A stretch of 64,000 nt of DNA from the human T2T-CHM13v2.0 reference genome, Homo sapiens. A program made the position numbers and the translations under genes. The notes below the pieces were generated by a model. That model ran no database searches, was not told the origin of the DNA, and saw only the letters and a list, made by a program, of their open reading frames with translations. Shown here one piece after another: positions 56,607 to 64,000 of the stretch (position 1 is its first letter; each line of letters starts with the position of its first letter). Location: the NCBI RefSeq assembly GCF_009914755.1, contig NC_060931.1; one strand, written 5' to 3'.

Positions 56607-59025
56607 ACTTCCTGTGAGTGTGCATCACATGCATGGCGATTAGTTGCCCTTTCTACTCTTAGCTGCAGTAATTTCTGCTTTGACCACGTGCCTAAAAGTC
56701 CATTTCCCTTTCTAATGTAATAAATCAAATCCATTACACGTTAAAAACAAAGAACAACAACAAAACTAAATTTGCTAAATTGTGCCCAAAATAAGATCAC
56801 CTCGGCACAGAAGATCAGAGTTGTAACCCTGGCTCTATCTCTGTGCAACATTTAGTTTCACAGTCTCTTTGAATGTTTGCTTTATCATCTCTAATAGGAA
56901 TCAATGATAGATGTCCTGCCCATATCAAACACCCAAGAAGATAGTACAGTTGAAGGCTCTTAGTTAAATGAAAAAAAAAAAAAACTAAATCTAAAAACAA
57001 ATATTGCTTTTACTGTGATGCTGCTTATCAGCAAAGCTCATAAGCTTCAAGACACTAACTAGAATCACTTTGTGATGCCTTTGGGGCTCAGAGCTATGGT
57101 TCCAGGCAATGAGTTACCTGTGTTCCTGAGAGTCAAATATGTAACCTATGGATAGGTAAGATAGGATTTAAAATATGTGCATACACTGGGCTAAAGAAAC
57201 TGTAAATGGATGAAGTTTAATTTCTAAGCAGAAAATGTATATGAGTAGGTTTTATCATCTCCAATAAAATTGGCCCATGACAGTGACTAGTGTTATTTCT
57301 TATCAAGAAAATATTAAAAACAAATCTGGAATTAAATTTACAGTCAGTGTTTGAAACAGGCAGAGGGTAAGTATGGAACTTTGTAATCATTTGTCATAAA
57401 AGATGGAAGAAGGGGGAAAAGCTAGCTAGAAAACTCTAAATGCTTTATCTAATCAACAAATTTCTATGACAATGAAGACATTTGATAAGTTTACCACAAG
57501 TAATCATAAATTATTGGTGCTGATCATTCCACTGTATTTTTTTCAAAATAGCATGGTGCTATCTGTGTAAATCATATTCTGCCTGCAGCAATGTAGCTTA
57601 CCTCGAATTATTTCAGAATCATCTAAAATGACTCATTTTTCTATTAAAATGATGAATGGGCTAAATGAGGTATGTAATAAATACTGCAGGTTTGTAAACA
57701 GATTCCTGCTCTTGAGAGAACGGAAGCCTTACTTCATTTGGTAATTCTGCCGTTTGGTATTTTCAAGAGAAGTCATCCTTAAACTACAGTTAGTAAAGAA
57801 AAGAGTGAGCAAGAAAATGTCCAATGTCTTTATGGGTAAGGGAATAGTTACAAGATACATGAAGATAGCTGCCACCTGCCCCCATCGCCAAATCAGGACA
57901 CAGGTCAGAACATCAAGAAACACAGAAAAAGCATAACTCAGTGCCATTTAGGAATCATATCAAAGCAATAAAAGCACGGATACAGAAAAGGAATACAGAG
58001 CTGTGATATTCAACACTGTGAAAAATTTAACATCCAATACACGAAAATGAAGCAGGCGTCATTGCACATGGTATATCACATAGTTTATCACATGGTAAAT
58101 AATATTGCTGTTCAATGTAATACTGAATTCACTAAACCTGAGGTCCATGCACAATAGGTTGAAAACAAGTCACAAGAACTGTATCAGAACTGACAGTTGT
58201 GTGACTTGCCATGAAGACAATCTGGAAAGATTGCTGTAAGAATATAAGGAGCTCATCTGCCTTACATTCTCATTCAAAACATAATGTGCAAAACATGTAC
58301 TTGGGATTGTTAAGGACTGACAGACTTGATTATGCTTAACTTTTAATTTGTTGCAGGTTAAAGCAAATACCAAGGGCTGTATTTCTTAGCCTCTTTAGTA
58401 GGAAATGAGATTATGATGTCAGTTCGATAAAATTCCAACAGACCAGGCAATGAAGTAAATATGTTCACAATGAATGCCACGTCATCATAAAGTGATGGAA
58501 TTATAACCAGCCCTTTGCACCTTAATTGCCTATGGACTTTTACGCAGTGCTCTCCATATCTCACCTGGACACCCATAATGACCCAAGTGATAGGATGTCA
58601 ATAAGTTATTACGGCTAACACACAGGACACCACTCAACAAGAACTGCCCTGAACCAACTGGTTTGCAAGTAACTTGATGAATTTTCAAAATCACACTTAG
58701 AAAATATGAGAACACATTCTAAGCAGAGTTATTCCCCCTAGCTGTCCTTAAATATGACTAATTGTTGCCAAGAACATCAATAGCATTCTACTCAACTGTG
58801 CTGTCTTCTTTTCTAATCACTGTCCAAAAGGCCACACAGTCTGACACAGTTCCTTGGAGAATGGCAACACCGTGTTGACTGGATAGGCCCCCAGAGTCTT
58901 GGCAGTGAGTTCTCCAGGACCAGAACACTCCACTGCTCTCCACCTCCAGGTCCCTCAATATCTAGTCAGCATAATATTGAGCTTCTCAGAGGCTATTTGG
59001 TGATGTTAAGATCCTAGGTATTTCT

Positions 59026-59141
59026 GGCCGGGTGCTGTGGCTGACGCCTGTAATCCCAGCACTTTGGGAGGCAAAGGAGGGAGGATCTCCTGAGCACAGG
59101 AGTTTGAGACCAGCCTGGGCAACGTGGCAAAATGCTGTTTC

Positions 59142-59185
<44 letters not shown>

Positions 59186-59360
59186 AATAAAACAAAATTA
59201 GCCAGACATGGTGGAATGTGCCTCCAGTCCCAGCTACTCAGGAGGTTGAGGTGGGAGGATCACTTGAGCCTGGGAGGTCAAGGCTGCAATGAGCCGTGAT
59301 CATGCACTGCACTCCAGCCTGGGCAACAAGTAAGACCCTGTCTCAAAAAAAAAAAAAAAA
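59026..59360 (+). mobile_element. AluJ with (TAAA)~11 expansion in the central linker
   Basis: AluJ diagnostics; 18-bp TSD aaga(t/a)cctagg(t/c)atttct. Confidence 0.95.
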
Positions 59361-61319
59361 GAACCTAGGCATTTCTGCCGACCTAGATGAGGAAAGCGGG
59401 TCTGACAATGTACATTTCAGAAATATATTAATCTGGGCAAGTTTTCAGGATACAAGCAAACTTTAAATCTGTAATCGCAGTCCTATTCATTCTTTGGGAT
59501 CTTAACGTGCAGCCTAGGCAGGCAAACTGAAACAAAACACGTTTCTCCTTTTTCACTGCAGTAGCAAACATACCTAAAGCTGCCCTGCTACTCCACAGAA
59601 AACTTGGTTCACAGTCTCTTCATAAGGTTGTATATGCATTCCAGCTGATAATAATAATGCTGCCATAACACACAGGAGGTAGAGGCCACACGTGATAACA
59701 AAGAACACAAAGGAGAAAACAGAATCTGGATACTTTGTCCCAGAAGCCCTAATACCCTGCTAAATCCAAATGCACAGGGGGCTCCCACCTGTCGTGAGGG
59801 ATGCTTCCCTTTGAATTTCCTGGTAAGCTATTAAGAGAGAAGAGTCAGAAAGAATGGGACTTGCAGATGGATTCCAGAGCCCATTCTCACCAATAACACT
59901 GAGAAAAATGTCTAACACCTAAATGGCCCAAATCCTTCCAATTCAACGTGGAAATACCATATTTCAATAGTTGTCAAAAGCAAAAGCTCGAATTCATTAA
60001 CTTCATTTTTGGAATTCAAAGCAAACTAATACTCTACACATATCCAAATAATTGGAGGTTAGTGTCTAGGGCAAGAAAACCAGTACACAACATACATAAC
60101 CAGAGAGAGTTTTAACAGAGGTTATAATCCAAGTCTAAATTGCACCCAAAAACAACAGATTTCTAAAATTATCTTTAAATGCCCAATAAAAGAACCCGGG
60201 AAACCACTGCTTACACTGCAATTTCGTTCACCTGGCTAATTTCAGTGATACTAAAAACCCCAAGTGATCACTCTTACTCTTCTCTTACACAGAACTTTTG
60301 AGTATAAACCATGTCGATCATTTCAAAATTACAACCCCAGTTGTTTCCCTTCCTCGTTGGATAGAACCTCACTTGGACAGCAGTAGTGTTCTTATCTGCT
60401 TCCTTTAATTTAGTCATTTTTCTCTATATCCCAAATTCAAAACCGTTTTCTTTTTTACCATGAAATTTCAACTGTCACAGTTTGAAGCACAAACAAAATA
60501 CAGAACTGAAAGGCATACAGCACAAAATTAATCAATTCTTCTTCTTGATTGCTTCACTGGTGCATTTCAGACAAAAGGCAAACTGGGGATGAAAAGTGAC
60601 ATTTTGGAGAAACAGTCGCTTAAATTTTCAAAAACTAAATTTATGCATTCACCCATCCTTTTTTTTTTTACTGTGTTTTTTTTTTTCTAAACAGTATAAG
60701 GTTTTACAAATTCAAAAATTATAGCTTAAGTTGGGACAAAATACACAAGGCAAGAATAACCTTCCCCACAAACCTGACACTTAACTTCAGACTCTGAAGA
60801 AAAGCAACCAGATCTAATTCATCTTTGCATCCCTGGGAAATACTGCCTAGGATACAGTAGGTGTTTAATAAATATATGACGAAGGACAATGCAGAAAGGG
60901 ACAAAAATACCTAATGATCTGACTAATGTTCTTGCCCAGAGCTGAACAAACAACTGGTGCAGTATCTGAGGCCAGGACCCTCCTCAATGCTACACTGAAG
61001 TCAGACTTCACGCTATGCTTAGCCCAGGACGTTTTTTACATTGATTGCTAATTTTTGTATTTCAAATGATATGAAGTTACTGATACTAGAAACCTTGCTT
61101 GTAGTTAGGCTTGACATTTCTCTCAACCCTTCAAAGCTAAAATCCTAGTAATACTACCTCCCAAATAGTTCCTACTCCTCTTCTTTCCTCTGCATCCCTG
61201 CTACCATGCCCTAATTTGGGTACTACCTGTTCTCACCTGGATTAACACAGGGCTTTCTAACTGGTCTCTGGGCTTCCAGCCATTTCCTCCTCTGCTCTTC
61301 CCTTCATACTTCATTAGAG

Positions 61320-61658
61320 TGTAAGCTAAAAATCAAACCCTAAACCCCATGACTGACTAAATGGACCCCCTCTTGGCCAAGGGGACCTCAGAGAAACTTA
61401 AAAACTGAGGTCTCGACCATAAAGGGATAGGAGGTTGGACATGTCTCTTTATACACCCTCTCTTTTACAGTTTAGATACAACCATTGACCAGCATTAACG
61501 TTAAAACAGAGACCACAAGACTGACAAAGCAGGCTTTTTGTGGCAATCAGGTACCAATTATAAACAGGACCTAGGGCCAGGCCAGGCAAGGGTTAAGTCG
61601 TGAATCCCCTGCACACACACACCCACTTAAAGAACAGACTATGTTCTAACTGCCACAA
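61320..61658 (+). mobile_element. MER4-family (ERV1) LTR, 3'-truncated, within L2-like sequence
   Basis: tgtaagctaaaaatcaaaccctaa ... atggaccccctcttggccaagggg ... tgaccagcattaacgttaaaacagaga. Confidence 0.8.
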
Positions 61659-61877
61659 TGATTCCCACTCAGCAACTTCTAGTAGTGTCCCCCTATCCCC
61701 ACGTTTCCAAGCTTTTGCCTGCAATACCTAAGGCTGTTTCATCCCACTCCTCAACCTTGGGAGCAAATCCTACTCATACTTCAAGAGTCAGCTCAGGGGT
61801 CCTTTCCCCAGAAAATCTTTTCTATTCTTCCCCATTTCCTCTCCTCCTATTTCCAGGGCTTCAGTAGATGCAATCAG

Positions 61878-61972
61878 TCATTTATTCAATCAACAAATAT
61901 GTATTGACTGCTTACTGTTTGCTCAGCACTGGCATATATTAGGCACTCAATTACGTGTTGAATAAATAAATG
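61878..61972. mobile_element. Two L2 extreme 3' ends in opposite orientation
   Basis: cattt..ttcaatcaacaaatatgtattgactgcttact (-) and taggcactcaattacgtgttgaataaataaatg (+). Confidence 0.65.
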
Positions 61973-62343
61973 CAAACATAGCAATTAGTTAAAAGAAAGA
62001 CAAAGTCCTGGCTTTCCCAAAAGTGGGAATCCTCACAAGACTATAAGTAGCATGGCTCTATAACAGACTTAGCATTTTTAAACATTATTTTTAGTGTATC
62101 TTTTACCTTTTATTCCTCAAGGACAAGATTTTGTCTTTTATTCATAGATCATTAGTACCTAACATAGTAAATTTCATACAGTAAGCACTCAATAAAACAT
62201 CTGTCCAAAGAGTAATGGAAGAATTTTGAAGTAAATATTGCCTTAAGTAAGTAAATTGAGACTTCTTTTTAACATTTAGATTTAAAAAAAAAAGAAAAGA
62301 AGAGAAAATACTACATAGTTCTGTGATGATAACAAGAAATATG

Positions 62344-62450
62344 TGGCTGGGCATGGTGGCTCACATCTATAATCCCAACACCCTGGGAGACCAAGGCAGA
62401 AGGATCACTTGAGCCAGGAGTTCAAGATCCATAGCAAGACTCTGTCTCTA
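62344..62450 (+). mobile_element. FLAM/Alu left monomer with internal deletion
   Basis: ggctgggcatggtggctcac ... ggatcacttgagccaggagttcaaga ... atagcaagactctgtctct. Confidence 0.85.
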
Positions 62451-64000
62451 CTTAAATTTTTAAAAATAATTAAAATTTAAAAAATCTAACATTAAACCAG
62501 CATAATGTAGTAAGACATAAAAAAGAGTGAGTCAAAATTTTAACTGGAATTTTAAAAAGAAAATATAACTGCAAAGTCAAAAAAACTAACTCACTACTCT
62601 TCAATTTCAAAAAAGAATCTAATGACAGCAAATATTAGATCACGTATATAAGATCTTTACAATACACATATCAAGTTGCATTAACTTTACAAATTCCCTG
62701 GTCCTGTCCTTCTAGTCAGTCTTCATCTTCTACAGAGGTGCTTTCCTGATCCTAAGAAGCATATTTTGAACGTGAGTTGCTTTTAACATTTTCATGCAGG
62801 TAAAATCATTATCAGTAGACTGCCTCTTCCAAAGCCTCTGGATAAAGTCAACTGATTAAAATGCTGGCATCACTCAGTGCTGAGTAGAGGAAGGGGCTGG
62901 TATACTCTTCCAGAATCTAGAGTGGGATTAACAGCTTCCCCAGCTAAAGCAATTCTTCCAAAGGGGAAAGTTTTGATCTGATCCTATTTTAAAACTTCAA
63001 CAACAGGGCCATCATGACTTTGCCCTTCAAAGAGCTTCAATAAAGCTAGCTGCTAAAACAACTGTGGGAAGAAAAAGCCTGGACTCACATCTAAGGAGAC
63101 AGAAACCTAAATGTCAGCTGTTAGTGAGCCAGAAAGATGTGGGGGGTGTGGGGTAAGGGGTGGGAATCGTTTTATTTCACAGTCCCAACATCACATCAGC
63201 TCCCGTGCTTTCACCCTCGCTCTCCTGAAAGACAACTTTTTAATTACTTCACATGTGTGAAACACAATCTTTACTTTCCTGCAGACTGCAACATTTGAGT
63301 TCTAAATAAAGAGGAACGAAGCAATGCTTGGCCATTACTCAAAGAGTCCCACATATTAGAATTAAGAATGGCAGCAATAGGGGCCCTCCAAAATAGCAGG
63401 AGCAATGCTAACCTTTCTGGGGTGACTCCCACATCAATTATGGGTTCTGAAGATGCCCACCTCTCCAGCTGGGGATCAAGGAACTAACAAACAACAGCAG
63501 GCTTGCGATCACTGTCCACACCGCACAGTACTGGTTTGGAGGGTGGTGGGATACATAATCTGAGACCCTAAAGCATGTATAAAATATATACATATGGGGA
63601 AGGGAGAAAGAACTTTATACCTCTAAACATTAATGATAGATGACAGAATTATAACAATACTGATTTTCTTTGTAATTTTTTGTTTTCCAAGTGTTCTATA
63701 ATATTCTTGTATTAATTTAGTAATTAGTGGAAAACTCAGTGAAACACAACCATTAAAATGTGACCACACAAAAACGTATTTATCAGTATAAAAACTTTTA
63801 CCACATGGCCTAAATGTTTTAATGTGAAGGTTATTGTAACAGTTATACAAAAGAGTGTATACTATTATCTATGTTTGGAGAAATACCGTTATACACATAA
63901 AATCAAATGTTTTATACCAACTCAGTGGGAAGTAAAAAGGAATATAAACACAACAAACCAAAATGTTAACAGTAACTATCTCTGAATTGTAGTACATTGA

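Noticed and set aside
57602-57622. Possible 21-nt minus-strand microexon with a GAG|gtaagc donor
   Set aside because: The upstream polypyrimidine tract is poor.
58358-58576. 72-aa minus-strand ORF that looks protein-like
   Set aside because: No recognisable domain or convincing splice boundaries, and this length is expected by chance.

Overview
This 64 kb window looks like primate (most likely human) AT-rich non-coding DNA. It is dominated by interspersed repeats: about 16 Alu copies (AluJ, S and Y plus one monomer), MIR, L2, old L1 fragments, solo LTRs (THE1, MST, MLT2, MER31, MER4, LTR33) and DNA transposon fossils (MER2, MER8, MER44, Tigger3, MER58, MER81, MER5, MER112, MER113, MER117). 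I recognise no protein-coding gene, RNA gene or CpG island, and the supplied ORFs look Alu-derived or random. The + strand appears A-rich and the best splice-site pairs are on the - strand, which suggests an intron of a large minus-strand gene, but I cannot name it. Repeat family names come from recalled consensus sequences, not a database search, and boundaries of old repeats are approximate. I found no convincing new biological system. The most notable observations are: an ancient ~200 bp local duplication inserted inside an old L1; an AluY with a 29-nt 5' poly(T) at its target-site duplication (TSD); an L2-L2 inverted hairpin; several candidate minus-strand cassette exons; and motif-rich candidate enhancers.
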